DNA of 64,000 nt from Octopus sinensis (Eukaryota): contig NC_043004.1 of assembly GCF_006345805.1 (NCBI RefSeq), positions 99,076,001-99,140,000 of the forward strand. Direction: 5' to 3'. The notes beneath the pieces are model-generated. The model had not been told where the DNA came from. It saw only the letters and a program-made list of their open reading frames with translations, and ran no database searches. Each line of letters starts with the position of its first letter. The stretch's first letter is position 1. A program made the position numbers and the translations under genes. This document shows, piece by piece, positions 24,205 through 38,210 of this stretch.

Positions 24205-25662
24205 TTAAACAGGACTAAACAACAACAATAATATCAACTAATGTAAAGGATACTAGTTTTGGAAACATATACATCATATAAAAATACTTGATGAAGAATA
24301 AAATATCTCAGCTCTTATAAGTCCTAATGGAGAATGGAAAAATTGTAAACAAAATGGCAACCATAAGTGATGCCAAATCGCATTCTTTTATCCCCCACCT
24401 TAAAAAAGAAAAAAGAACTACTATGAAGTAATAAAAAACAACAGAGTATAAAGAGGAAGTCGGTGGGACATGACAACTAAATGTGACATTCAAGAAAGTT
24501 TGTTTGCTTCTGGTTGTAATCCAGTTAAATGGGTATATTTTCTTTAATATGCAAGTCACTAATCTTCCTTAATAAAACCTTTAAAACTTATAACTTCTTT
24601 ATTGTGACAGGTATTTAGTTACCTTTTAAAGGATAATGCTCTCAAATCTGTCATGTATAATATACTTTATTATGTATAATATACTTTAGTATGTATATAT
24701 AATTGGTTATTATTGTTATCATTGCTGTTGTTGATCTACCCCACCCAACAAAACTTGACTTAATCAAGCAGGCTATAATCAAAGGTGTTCCAGCTATGTC
24801 CACCTGCATTTTATTCTGACAGCATATCTAACATTATATTATCCAATGTATCTGTCTATGTTTAAAATGGTAGAGTGTAATTTTAGGGTTATTTAGCAAC
24901 AAAATCTAGCAGATTAAATGAAAAGTGAAAGGTTTCCTACTTTGTCGTAGGCAGATAATGATGTTAATGTAAACTTAGATATAGAGGAATTATCCAGATG
25001 GAAACATCAAATCTGTGATTTAGATTTGATACTAATTTGCAATGGTTGCGATGGTAGCTATTTCACTCCATCTGTGCCTCAAATGACCTTGAGGAAATGC
25101 ATAAATGTCACAATATGATTCTTCCTTATTTAAGCACATTAACTATATGCTTATAAACCTATACAACTAAGAGTATATGTATCTATATTGAAAAAAGAAA
25201 TCAATATTTTGTAAATATTGAAAATATAACTGAAAGTATATAGAGTTTTATATGTTATTCAATAGAATAAACACGGGAAAAAATGATGAATAAATAAAAA
25301 TGAAGTATTTTTTAAAGAAAATGTCACACGCATGTATATTTTATTTTAAGCCTATTTCATTCAAAATTTTTTAACAGATAAAATTACATGTGCATAGGAA
25401 AAAATATAAATAAATTTATATACAAATCTGTAACTGTGTTTAACTATAAAAATATATACAGATATGAAATTATATTCATAAGTTTTTGTATTTTTAAAGG
25501 TATGTATATAAGTCTATGTGAGTGTTTATATGCATGTTATATGTATTTAATTATTTCAAATATATATACATATATATATATGTGTGTGTGTGTGTGCGTG
25601 TGTGTGTGTATAAATTCATTCATGTATATATATATGTACGTATATATGTATGTATGTATGTA

Positions 25663-25709
<47 letters not shown>

Positions 25710-26959
25710 CGTGCGTGTGCATGTGGGTAAGAATTTTTTCCTGCTGATATTGCAAAAACTCCTCGAAAATGAAAAAATAGAAGTAAAAAATATATATTTT
25801 GCTTTCTTTTGAGCTGGAACAACATCCATAAAATAACAGAATGATATGGAAATTACACACATATATATATATATATAATATATATATATATAATATATAT
25901 ATATATATTATATATATATATATATACATATATCTATATATATATATATATATATATTAAAATGTCTGCATTTACACACACACATACAAACACAAACACA
26001 CACACAAACACAAACACACACATAAACACAAACACACACACACAGATATAAAATCATAATCAACATAATTGTTTGTGTGTGCGTGCATATATACATACAG
26101 ACACATGTGCATATTTCGTGTTATGCTTTGAAGCGATGCACATTACCAGAATTTTCCTACTTGAGTTGAATAGAACAAACCTCTCCAAATCCTTGATAGA
26201 TTATCCATGTAAAAGGAGTAGGGGCTGTCTAGCTTCTTCTGAGATGAAGGCTCATAGTAAATAATAGTGAAGTCAAAATAAGTATTGATATTTTGAAGAA
26301 TTTAATATGTGCGTTTCAGATCATTGCATAATAGTAATAAAGGAATTCATCTCATACGCATTATCGTCCTCAGTTAAGACATTCCAAAATATATATACTA
26401 TGGTAGAATTTGTCCTTTATATCTGGTTTAGGGTAGTTTATGTTGCCTACTAGATGAGGAAAGGACGTTGCCAGAATGGGTGGAATATCTATAAAGCAGG
26501 AATGGATACAGACAGAGAGATAACAAGAGGAAATAGAAGTGGCAGTGTAGGGATGTGAACAAAGAAGAGGAGATAAACTAATGAGAAAACCGGAACTATA
26601 TAAGATGAGAGGAAGGGTCAAGTGAGTAAATAAATGAACAAACAAATAAATAGAAAATGAAAGCCTGGATAAAAAATGAATAAAATGAATAACGATAATA
26701 ATAGCAAGAATAATATCAATGATGATGATGATGATGATGATGATTTCTTTATGTGTATGTTTACATTTAGAAAAAAGTATTAAGGACGCCACAGAACAAA
26801 TCATTGAGTGTGTGTGGTAGTTTGTGGATATGTAGTAGTGTGTGTGTGGTAGTGTGTGGATGTGTGTTATTGTGAGGGATTTGCGTGTAGATAGGTGTAA
26901 CAAAAAAGAAAGTATTGACATTTTAACAATGAGTATTACTCAATAAAGAGGAGATGTCG

Positions 26960-28520
26960 AGGGCTGCTCATGGAAAGACTCCATAAAACCACGGGTATCC
27001 TGACTTCTGGAGCAGGTACCTTTTCTTAGTTCTTTATCTTAGTTCTTTACAGGCGTATGCTCAAGGCAAGCCCATTCTCTCACAACATGCCTGCCATTCT
27101 TAACCACCTTCCAACAAAATGGTTGTAAGGCAACATCTCCCTCCCCATCCTTAATTTCCTTATCAAGTGGAACTTGAAAAAATGAATTGCGATTGGCCAA
27201 AGAGGAAAGTGTTAGTCTTCAGTCTCGTCCAACTCACAACCTTTTTCGCCATGGCCCTCAGGCATATAAAAACCGGCTGTTATTCCCGGTTAAAAGAAAG
27301 CGACACGGCGATCTTCACGACGGATTCAGTTGATAGCCGGATCCGTCCCACACATGACATGGGTTTGACATAAATCCACAGGTTACTAATGCTCGGGCAT
27401 AGAACGTGCGTGTGTGCCCTCATTTACCTTTCCAAGTGGTACTTAAAAGAGTAGACGAGAGCTTGACCGAAGAGGAAGATGTCTTTCCTCAATACTTTTA
27501 GCTGCATTCACCATACAACCGCTTTGGCCATAGCCACCAGACAGAGGGACACCACCTGCCCTGTCTTGTTACAGGTGGGTAGTGGGGCGATCTTCATGAT
27601 GGATTCGATCTAGAGTCGGATTCTTCCTACACGTGTTAACAGCTTTTCGACATCACTCCACAAGTGATGTCGAACAATGCTGAGACACTGTACAAGTGCA
27701 TGCAGAAGGATTTCGTAGCTCGGCACACAACTCGGACAGTTCCACTTGACAGTGTTTTCGTAACTGTAGGGTTAATCTCGGTCTGGCAGTACGCCTTGGT
27801 AGCACTGTCAGGCCAGGGACTTCTGAAAGTTATCCATGGTAGTACTGAGCCCGATAGTCCTTCGAAATAGACCAGTTAGTTTCTCTTCGTCGACGCCTAG
27901 AGTTTCCCTGAAAACGTATTGCGCTTACTCACCACTAGATTTCTATATATTGTTATTGTGGAGGCGCAATGGCCCAGTGGTTAGGGCAGCGGACTCGCGG
28001 TCGTAGGATCGCGGTTTCGATTCCCAGACTGGGCGTTGTGAGTGTTTATTGAGCGAAAACACCTAAAATCTCCACGAGGCTCCGGCAGGGGATGGTGGTG
28101 ATCCCTGCTGTACTCTTTCACCACAACTTTCTCTCACTCTTACTTCCTGTTTCTGTTGTACCTGTATTTCAAAGGGCCGGCCTTGTCACTCTCTGTGTCA
28201 CGCTGAATATCCCCGAGAACCACGTTAAGGGTACACGTGTCTGTGGAGTGCTCAGCCACTTGCACGTTAATTTCACGAGCAGGCTGTTCCATTGATCGGA
28301 TCAACCGGAACCCTCGTCGTCGTAACCGACGGAGTGCTTCCATATATTGTTGTCGAAGAACTTCCAAGTGACACTATTGCCCGTCTGGTAGAGAGCAGTG
28401 AACGCCTGAAGATATTCCCTAACCCCGCGAATAAGCAAGGCTGTTCCAGCGCGTCTTCTTTGCTATTATCCAGAGCAACGCCTTTTCCATTTTGTCTGCT
28501 GGTGCCATGAGAAATGTTTC
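26960..28520 (-). mobile_element. Two tandem 3' fragments of Tx1/L1-type LINEs, one interrupted by a SINE
   Basis: The minus strand gives GVDEEKLTGLF...MDNFQKSLA*QCYQG...CPSC...LHALVQC (CCHC knuckle). It also gives RVGRIRL*IESIMKIA (about 27600) and again CVGRIRLSTESVVKIA (about 27330). Confidence 0.8.
27958..28341 (+). mobile_element. tRNA-derived SINE family D
   Basis: gtggaggcgcaatggcccagtggttagggc...ggtttcgattccc. The TSD atatattgtt is at 27945-27954 and 28342-28351. Confidence 0.92.
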
Positions 28521-29051
28521 TATGTTGTGATAGGCAAGATTCACCGTATTCGAGTAATACGACGACAAAATGGTTAAATAATATCCTGTGTTAGAGTTAT
28601 AGAATGAATTTCATAATGCCGAAAGTAAAAGTATTGGAATGCTGTGAGAAAGTGGTAGGTTTCAGTGAAGATAAAAGGAATTTAAGAAGACATTAGTGGA
28701 AAACAAGGGGTCACAGTGGCATTTAAATGATGTGTTGATAGGAGGAACAGAAGGCAAGTGGCGAAAGGAGAAACAAGCGAGTGAAGTGAGTGAGAGGAAG
28801 AGATTAAGTCAGGGACAGAGTTTGAGTTGAAGGCAGCTAGGAATCAAGAGGGGCTCCGTGGTTTGTATGTATTTTACCGTGAATTTATGAACGGCATCAT
28901 GGTGCAATGCATTAAAATAATAATAAAAAGAAGAATAGATGAGATAAAAGGGGAAGAGGTTGAAGAAGAAAAGAGTGGGGAAACGGGCAGGGACAGAAAA
29001 GCTTTGAATAGACTTAAAGTTGTGATAAATGGAATAAATTCAATTAAACTA

Positions 29052-30306
29052 TCAGGTAATTAAGAATGAAGTGTCCGATTTTCTTATGAATCAAGTTTGA
29101 CCGTTGTTAACTCTAATGTTTTATCCTGACAATATGGAAGGGTTATATCATCACTTTCGGAAATGCAATTCATGGTGTCTGATTATATTGAGAGTTTTCT
29201 CTTGTAAATAATTTTTTTGAACCCATGGATCGATCAACAATTCGTTTTGTTTTATGAATGAATTCCGTCGTGGAACCAATGCAACCCAGTCGGCTCGAAA
29301 CATCAATGAGATGTTTGGTGAAGATGTGGTGAATGAGTGCACTGTACATCGATGGTTTGAGAAATTCTAGTCTGATGACTTTCCTCTTGAAAATCAACCC
29401 CGTGGTAGAACTGAGTCCAAGGTGGGTAAGGATTAGCTAGAGACTGAAGTGGAAGCGGATACCTCTCAAACTACGCGTGAATTAGCAGCAATATTTGATG
29501 CTTCAATTCCAATTGTATTGTAACATCTGAAACAAATCGGCAAAGTAAAGAAGCTGGACAAGTAGGTACCACACGAACTGAACGAGTATCAAATAACATA
29601 TCATCTTGAAACTTTGCTATTCTTTGCTGTCACAACATAAAAGCAAACCATTTTTGCATCATATTCTTATGTGTGATGAAAAATGGATTCTTTTCAGCAA
29701 TAGCAAGCGTTCTGCATGGTGGTTGAATAGGGAGAGAAAGTGCCAAAATATAATCCAAAAAGAATATTCACCAGAAAAAAGCTAATAGCGTTTGTTTGGT
29801 GGTCCAGCGCGGGTGTCATCCACTACAACTTCATGAGACCTGGTAAGTTGATTACAGCGGATGTACACATCAACCAATTGGATAAAATGATGAAAGAACT
29901 TGCAATTAAACAAGCGAGATTGGTCAACAGAGACAGGTCAATTCTCCTGTAAGACAATGCTCGATCACATCTTGCACAAAAGAACGCTACTCTAGTTACA
30001 GGAACTGAACTTGGAAGTACTCTGTCTTCCACCATATTTACCAGACCTTTGCACCAACTGACTGTCACCTTTTCCAGGCATTAGACATCTTTTTGCAAGG
30101 ATAAATTTTCAAATCTGAAGAAGATGCACGAACAGTCTTTCATGATTTCATCACCTCTTGCTCTCCAGAGTTCTTCGCCGTGTCATAAACAAGTTACCGA
30201 TAAAATGGCAAAATTGTTTTGATAACTTGGGTACATTGCCTTTTGTTGAGATAAAGTAAAAAAAGCTTTCTGTTCAAAATTAGAAATTTCATTCTTAATG
30301 ACCTGA
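29052..30306 (+). mobile_element. Full-length degenerate mariner
   Basis: TA-flanked TIRs tcaggt[a/c]attaagaatgaa. Decayed motifs *VPHEL, CDEKW, KKLIAFVWW, DNAR and PPYLPDL, with many stops and frameshifts. Confidence 0.93.
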
Positions 30307-30359
30307 TAAAATAAAATGAATCAAGGATGATCACATACACACATACGTACAGAGACAAC

Positions 30360-30600
30360 TTTTATGTTTTACTTGTTTCAATCACTGGATTGCAGTCATG
30401 CTGGAGCACCGCCTTCAAGAGTTTTAGCTGAACGAGTCGACCCCAGTACATATACTTTTAAAGCTTGGTGCTTAATCTCTCGACCTCTTTTGCCGAACTG
30501 TAACGCTATGGATACAAACTATCACCGGTTGCCCAGCGGTATGGGAGACGAACACAAAGGCACATGTACAAACATATTTTCATATACTTGCGAACACACA
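30360..30600 (-). mobile_element. Diverged 3' half of a SINE A-related element
   Basis: ttacttgtttcaatc...catgctggagcaccgcc...gtcgacccc...ttttgccgaac. Confidence 0.7.
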
Positions 30601-30754
30601 CATTCACACATACACACACACGACAGTGACCTGAGAATATTATGCCAAACTTAGAAAAATGACAAATAAGCAGTTGGAACTCTTTTACTTGACAGTAACC
30701 CACAATGCCTTAGCAATACCAGTGCCGATTCCGGCATATGGTGTACTTAACTAG

Positions 30755-30858
<104 letters not shown>

Positions 30859-31453
30859 CGTCGTTCCTTCTCCCTTCTCTTCACTCCTTTTGTTTCTTCC
30901 CCTCATCCTCTCTCTTGTCCCTCTTCCCCTCTGCCCCTGTTACCCAAACGTCACTACAGGCCATTTCTCTTGCTCCTGTATTTTCTGGACTAGACGGGCA
31001 CTGGATTGTCATTTTCTCGGTTCCCGGCATTTTCTTTTCTGCTATTTTCTTCTCTCTCTTCTAATTATTCAATTTCCCTGAAAACTTTTCTCCAAGGCGT
31101 TACCCATTTTAATTCATCTTGGCCTAACGGCCCTTAATGTTTGTCTTCATCGATTGTTTACTCTGCATATCCACACTTTCGTTGTTTGTTCGTTCGAAGC
31201 ACTAACTCACCATGAATTTTATATTTTAAAAAATTTATTGATGCTGCTGTCTTATGAAGTTTCCTTATATTGTATATTGTCGTTAAAAGCACGAAATAGG
31301 AGTAATAAACAGATGACCGCTGATAAGGTGTTACCTTCTTTTGATATTTTGTCCTGTACTTTTCTCTCGTTTATGTATTTTGCACTCGTTGCTGATGTCC
31401 AGTACACAATGTGTGATTTTTATTATATATATACATATACATATATACATATA

Positions 31454-31495
<42 letters not shown>

Positions 31496-31684
31496 CATAT
31501 ATAAGTAGGTGAATGAATTATCCTAGTATGGATAATTCGGTTAACCGATACCCGGGTAGCACCCTTTATTCCTTCGGAATTAAGAATATGCAGTCTTCGA
31601 AACATATGTCGAGAGTAAAGGAATTTTGTTAAAATCGTTGTTCGACTCCATTCTTTCATTTACTTATATACATATATATATATG

Positions 31685-31758
<74 letters not shown>

Positions 31759-32438
31759 CATATATATACATATATATATATGTGTGTGTGTGTGTATACA
31801 TGTATACATATGTGTATATGTATATATATATATATATAATATATATATATATATGCACGCTATTTTTATTTTTTATTGAAACCAAAACTTTTGTTAATTA
31901 TATATTGTCTGGCTAACTTAGACTGCGAGTCTAAATTCTGTAGAAGTGTGAGAAACAGTTAACATTTGAGAGGGCGTGTTATAGGCTTTGTGCGAGGGCA
32001 AATGTAAAAAGAAATAATAGAATGAAAATAATAAAGACGTCAGTCGCTAAGGAGAAAAAAAAAAGAGAAAAATAATAGAACCTGCAAACGAGAGAGAGAT
32101 GCGATATAAGGTGTTTATTATTCAACGATATTATGATTAGGTATTATTTCAAACTGAAATAATATTCAGTCTGTTCAAAAGCAAGCCCGCAATGGTCAAT
32201 CAAGATATCATTATCAATAAAGTAATCACTAATATACGTATATGTTTTCTGTCTGCTTTTATATTCTCCTGTTCAGCGGTGAACTGTTATTGTCTGCTGG
32301 TTTTGATATTGTTTATACATTATATACCAGCAAATTAATAAATGTATCGAAGAGAAGAGAAATTATAGAAAACTCCTGTTTGATCCACCACTACCATGGG
32401 ATGGCAGCAAAAAACCTCAAAACACTACAACGTAGTTG

Positions 32439-32480
<42 letters not shown>

Positions 32481-33569
32481 TATATATATAAGAATGAATG
32501 TTTTTATATATAATGAACGTGAAATACAGGAAGGGACGAACACGGAACACAGACAAATCATTCGAAGCCTTCAATCTTCAGTCAGACACCGAATCATCAT
32601 AGCAAATTTCGGCTGTTCAATTCTGATATTTGCTCCAACTCGGCCAGCCCCAAGAAAAAAAAAAAAAAAAAAAAACTAAGCTGTAAGCATTAGATTTCTT
32701 GGTAGAAGACAGGAATGTGAACGCACAAGACGGATGTGAATACAAGAGACGAAAACGAAATTGAAAACAGTAATGAATAAACAAAATATATATAACGGTG
32801 GTTGTCATACGACTTTAGACCAAATGAGACAAAAACAACAACAACAACATAGCTGGCGTAGAAATAATTACCGTTTCGGTAGCGGGGACACATGTTGGTC
32901 GAGATTATATATATATATATACATACATATTATATGCACACAAACACACACACAGACGCATACATATTCGTATATGTATATACAAAAATAAATGCATACC
33001 CATAAACACACGCTTATATTGGTGAATGAAAAAACATAAAAGTGTTCGATATACAAAGTAAATTAAGGTAAATGTAAATATTTTATTAGAAGCTAAAACT
33101 CAGAGTATCATGTTACCGATTATTCAAACGAGTGAATTGGAAAAGCAACGTACAGGAGCAAATATCATTGTGAAACCACATAGAAATTCAAGTTATCTTC
33201 GAGATTTTATAGGCAACAGAAATTCATTTATTCATTATTATTCGTAAAATGTGATATTTTCGTGCCTTCAGTATCATATGCATAAATAACACGAAAGTAA
33301 GGAAAAAGAAGGTGACTATTGGTTAATAAAGTTCTAGTGGCGATGAATGACTTCCCTCTATTCCTTATATGAACGTCCTTCAGAAGATATAGAAATCTGC
33401 CTGGTCAATATTTTGATGACATCAACAGTATCTTAGCGAATCACGTTCGTGTTGTTTACTTGTTTTTGCATCGGACACAGTAATCTAGTTTCAATTTTTA
33501 TGCTTCAGGACTGCCAAATATTCATGTCGCAAATATGATATAATGAAAGAATTTTTTGTATTCAGTGTT

Positions 33570-33950
33570 CAGGTGCACTACAACTAAAAAAAAAAAAGGC
33601 CATCAGGTGTACTGTTGGCGGATTTCAGGAAGCATGGAAGATTTGAAGGATGTAGTCCCTCGACAGCTAACATCTGATGCGGGTAGTTTATTCCATGTTT
33701 CAGAAATTCTGAGCGTGAAAAAATGTTTCCGAAAGTCATGAGTGCTGTGTTGTTATTTCTTTTATTTTATAAACATATCTGCGAGTGTTTGTCATATGGA
33801 ATTCAAAAAGGTGCCCAAGGTTGTTGATGGAAAGATGGTTGATAATCTTGTGGGAGTCTGCCAAGTCAGTTGCCAGACTTCTGCGCTTCAAATGTATCCA
33901 TGCTCAGGGAAGCAAGAAGTTCAGAGTATGGTAGATGTTTGACGGCGGGA
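33570..33950 (-). mobile_element. CR1/L2-like LINE 3' fragment
   Basis: The minus strand gives LPYSELLASL...HDFRKHFFTLRISETWNKLP...TSFKSS, a typical CR1-group C-terminus. Confidence 0.8.
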
Positions 33951-33992
33951 ATTTGTTTTGTTGCACGTATATTGAAATGTATAAAATGCATT

Positions 33993-34377
33993 GTGGAGGC
34001 GCAATGGCCCAGTGGTTAGGACAGCGGACTCGCGGTCATAGGATCGCAGTTTCGATTTCCAGACCGGGAGTTGTGAGTGTTTATTGAGTGAAAACACCTA
34101 AAGCTCCACGAGGCTCCGGCAGGGATGGTGGTGATCCCTGCTGTATTCTTTCACCACAACTTTCTCTCACTCTTTCTTCCTGTTTCTGTTGTACCTGCAT
34201 TTCAAAGGGGCCGGCCTTGTCACTCTCTGTGTCACGCTGAATATCCCCGAGAACTACGTTAAGGGTACACGTGTCTGTGGAGTGCTCAGCCACTTACACG
34301 TTAATTTCACGAGCAGGCTGTTCCGTTGATCGGATCAACCGGAACCCTCGTCGTCGTAACCGACGGAGTGCTTCCAC
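33993..34377 (+). mobile_element. SINE family D with 13-bp TSD
   Basis: The TSD ataaaatgcattg is at 33981-33993 and 34378-34390. Confidence 0.93.
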
Positions 34378-34499
34378 ATAAAATGCATTGACAGAAAATG
34401 GAACTGAACAGGAATAAATGAGAGTTCAACAACTGGACTAACCGCCTTGTAAACTGATTGTTTTATTACGAAAGTTCGTCTCCTTTCTGATATTGTATA

Positions 34500-35610
34500 A
34501 AGACAGACTCACTCTATGATCAAAACTTACTGTGGTTGAGAATATGAGAACACTGAAAGGACAAATATGCCGGATTCCAGCACTGTTGTACTTAGATATT
34601 CGGCATATTTTGCTTTTTGAGTTTTTAAAGGCAGCAACGTAATGGAAAGTGCGAGGAATATTAAAGCAGTATATTAAGCAGATCTGACAATTAGCGTAAG
34701 CCAATGTCAACGGTGTTGCCAGAGATTCCGAGCCGGAAACTACAGCCTAGAAGACGAGCTTCATCATGGAAAATCTGTAGAGCTCGACGAGGACGTCCCG
34801 CAAACCCTGGTGGAAAAAAATCTCATCATAGCTGTTAAGGAACTAACAGAGAAACTTGGATTTGGTCAGTCAACCACTCATCGACACCTGCGTACCATCA
34901 GAAAATTTTGCAAATTGGGTCAATGGGTTCCTCATAAACTCTCAGAGTCTAATCGCGTGCAGAGAGTAAATGTGCACTCTTTTTTGCTGCCACGTCAAAC
35001 GAATGGACATTTTTTGACCGAATAATGACTGATGATGAGAAATGGGTTTTCTTTAAAAATGTTAAGCGCCGAAGACAATAGGTAAGAAAAGGAGTAACAC
35101 AGGAACCCCAGGATAAATAAACTCTTCACTCACGTAAGGTACTATAATTTGTTTCGTGGGATAGGTAAGGTTTAGTTAACTTTGAACTTTTAAGCCTAAA
35201 CCAAACGATAACAAAGGAGAGCTACTGCGAGCAGCTTGAGCGGCTTAATTCAGCGCTAGAAGAAAAACGACCATCTTTGGTTTCAAGACGAAAGGCGTTC
35301 TTCCATCAGAATAATGCTAAGCACGAACAGCGAGGATGACATTCCAAAGGCTGGAGAAGTTTGAATGGGAAACGATGCCGCTCCCACCATATTCACCGAA
35401 CATTGCCTCATTTGATTATCATTTATTCCGCAGTCTTCGAAATCATTTGGACGGAAAAATATGAATTCTGTAGACGAGGTCAGGACAGTATTGGAGGAGA
35501 GTTTTTCGTCACGAACAAGTGAATTTTGGAAGCCGGGTCTTGCAAATTTACCAGATAGCCGGAAGGGCAATGTAGAAAATATATTTGAGATAAAATAGAA
35601 CTTTGTTTAT
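34500..35610 (+). mobile_element. Degenerate mariner transposase
   Basis: LGQWVPHKLSE, IMTDDEKWVF and PPYSPNIASFDYHLF. A possible right TIR remnant lies at about 36060-36088, beyond an inserted SINE. Confidence 0.88.
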
Positions 35611-35642
35611 CTTAATTTTGAAATCTAAAATAAGTATAATAA

Positions 35643-36046
35643 GGTGCAGGAGTGGCTGTGTGGTAAGTAGCTTGCTAACCAACCACATGGTTCTGGGTTC
35701 AGTCCCACTGCGTGGCATCTTGAGCAAGTGTCTTCTGCTATAGCTCCGGGCCGACCAATGCCTTGTGAGTGGATTTGGTAGACGGAAACTGAAAGAAGCC
35801 TGTCGTATATATGTATATGTGTGTGTATGTGTGTTTGTGTGTCTGTGTTTGTCCCCCTAGCATTGCTTGACAACCGATGCTGGTGTGTTTACGTCCCCGT
35901 AACTTAGCGGTTCGGCAAAAGAGACCGATAGAATAAGTACTGGGCTTACAAAGAATAAGTCCCGGAATCGAGTTGCTCGACTAAAAGGCGGTGCTCCAGC
36001 ATGGCCGCAGTCAAATGACTGAAACAGGTAAAAGAGAAAAGAGTAA
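35643..36046 (+). mobile_element. Full-length SINE family A
   Basis: Family A head, body and tail. Confidence 0.92.
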
Positions 36047-36444
36047 AGACTATAAAAAACCGAAGTATTTATGAGATGGCCAATATATACGTATATATAG
36101 CTGCCTTCGTTATTTTACAACTTTCACATTACTATTTTCCTGAATCATCCATTGTATCATATAGTAAACATTATGTACTGACAGTCAGGATTTGACCAAA
36201 GCATTCAGTGACGGAGTGGTCATCAACGAGGAGCTTTAATTTGAAGCGAAACTAGAATTTTGATATGATGATCTCGTTCGCTGTGGGGCGGTTAGCTCCC
36301 CTGTCAGACTGGTTGCTTTTTTTGCGGCTAGAAAGTTTTAACCTCTTATTTCTAGCAATGTAGGTAATACGCAGTACCACCAGTCACAGACAATTGGATT
36401 CTTCCTTTTTGGTTTCATATTGCTTAGAGCCGCCTTCGTTACTT

Positions 36445-36476
<32 letters not shown>

Positions 36477-36487
36477 TACACATACAC

Positions 36488-36559
<72 letters not shown>

Positions 36560-36632
36560 CATAATATATGCAGACATACGAAAATGTACATATATTCGTA
36601 TATCTATATTTTATATTTGTGTAGATGAAGGC

Positions 36633-36666
<34 letters not shown>

Positions 36667-36674
36667 TACATTAT

Positions 36675-37206
36675 ATAAAAGGGCTTAGTAAAATAAATTA
36701 CTTTGCCGCATACTGAACTCATTAGAAATAGCAGCTAAAAAAAAACTTTTTTAAAACTATTTCTAATACTTAAGAAAACCTCTCTCATATAGTGTTTGCT
36801 CAATTCAACTGACGAAAATATGGGGGTAGAGACATTAAAAAATCAAGTGCAAAGGTTATTTGAGAACGTACGTTTCAAGATTAGTCAAACTCGACATTTC
36901 TATCATCAGCTCAGAACTCCCTGGTTTGGATTTGAAAACACTGAAAGTGGGAGCATACCTTTCGGCTTCTTATCGCTTCTGAAGATCTGCTCGTAACTAA
37001 CAGTGCCAACAAACTCAAAAATGCAAGCGAAGAATTTCTGCTCTCCCCTTTCCACCAGCGTGGGTTAAAATCAGCAAACACTATGCTTTTTTCGGTAAAA
37101 TCCGAGGTATTATATAGAGAGAGATGAATTATAATTTCAACAATGAGGGTAAAATTAATTAATTAATCAATTTCACCAAGTATTCAGTATGCAAAGGGAC
37201 CATTTG

Positions 37207-37208
<2 letters not shown>
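36675..37208. mobile_element. Unclassified repeat between TA-rich tracts, carrying a hammerhead-like core on the minus strand
   Basis: The minus strand reads CTGATGA (36903-36909) ... GAAACGTA (36869-36876). Confidence 0.45.
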
Positions 37209-37259
<51 letters not shown>

Positions 37260-37263
37260 ATCT

Positions 37264-37344
<81 letters not shown>

Positions 37345-38210
37345 GTCTGTCTATCTATCTGTCTGTCTGTCTGTCTGTATATATATATATATATATATAT
37401 ACACATGCACATACATTTATGTATAGAAATATGCAAATATATATACGAGTGCATGTATACATATATAGGTATGGATATAGATACAAACACATGCGCATTG
37501 CAATTTGTAGTGGTATGTTCTGAAAATAACTTGCCTTGGATCTAATTCTGACTTCAAAAATGGTAATAAGAAATGATAAGGAACATTTGTTTAAACTTAC
37601 TTGCTTTTGTTCCCAACAGAAGCATTATTTTCTAAACGTATAGTAATTTTCTGCGTTTCCACTTAAGTGTAATGCAATTGACCTTTATGTCAATTTAAGA
37701 AAGATCTCAAAATTTAATTTTGTTGTAATCTTTTTTCTGTTGTTTTTTGTTGTTGTTCGGAATCGTTTTAAGAAGATCTGAACATATGTTATTTAGCTGA
37801 AGAAGGATATCAATATAGTACGTTCTAGTTACACAGAGCATACTGTACATGCAGAAGTCAAAGTGACCTTGTTGTCAATCAGCTTTAAACTCGTAGTGTT
37901 TCACTCTACTTTTTCAAATTACGACTCGTTTCTGCTTTTACACATTTGACATTAAAAGAGGAAATTAAATTCTTTAAGAATTCAACCAACATTTTTTTTT
38001 CTCGTAAATTGGAACATTTGCTATAAGTAGAATGTTGGCGTAAGAATGTGTATGTATGGGTGTATATGTATGTGTATATGTGTGTGTGTGCATGTTTGCA
38101 TATGTGTGTGCATTTATGTATGTAGAACACAGACAATTCCAAGGTAACTGTTTACTCTGAAGCATAATTTGAAGTGGGCTTAGTTGCCTACAGATAGGCA
38201 TTATTTAGAA

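Noticed and set aside
27958-28030. tRNA gene calls for SINE heads (also 19640-19717, 33993, 43375-43448, 52910, 53748-53830)
   Set aside because: A and B boxes are present, but there is no complete cloverleaf and each continues into a repeat body.
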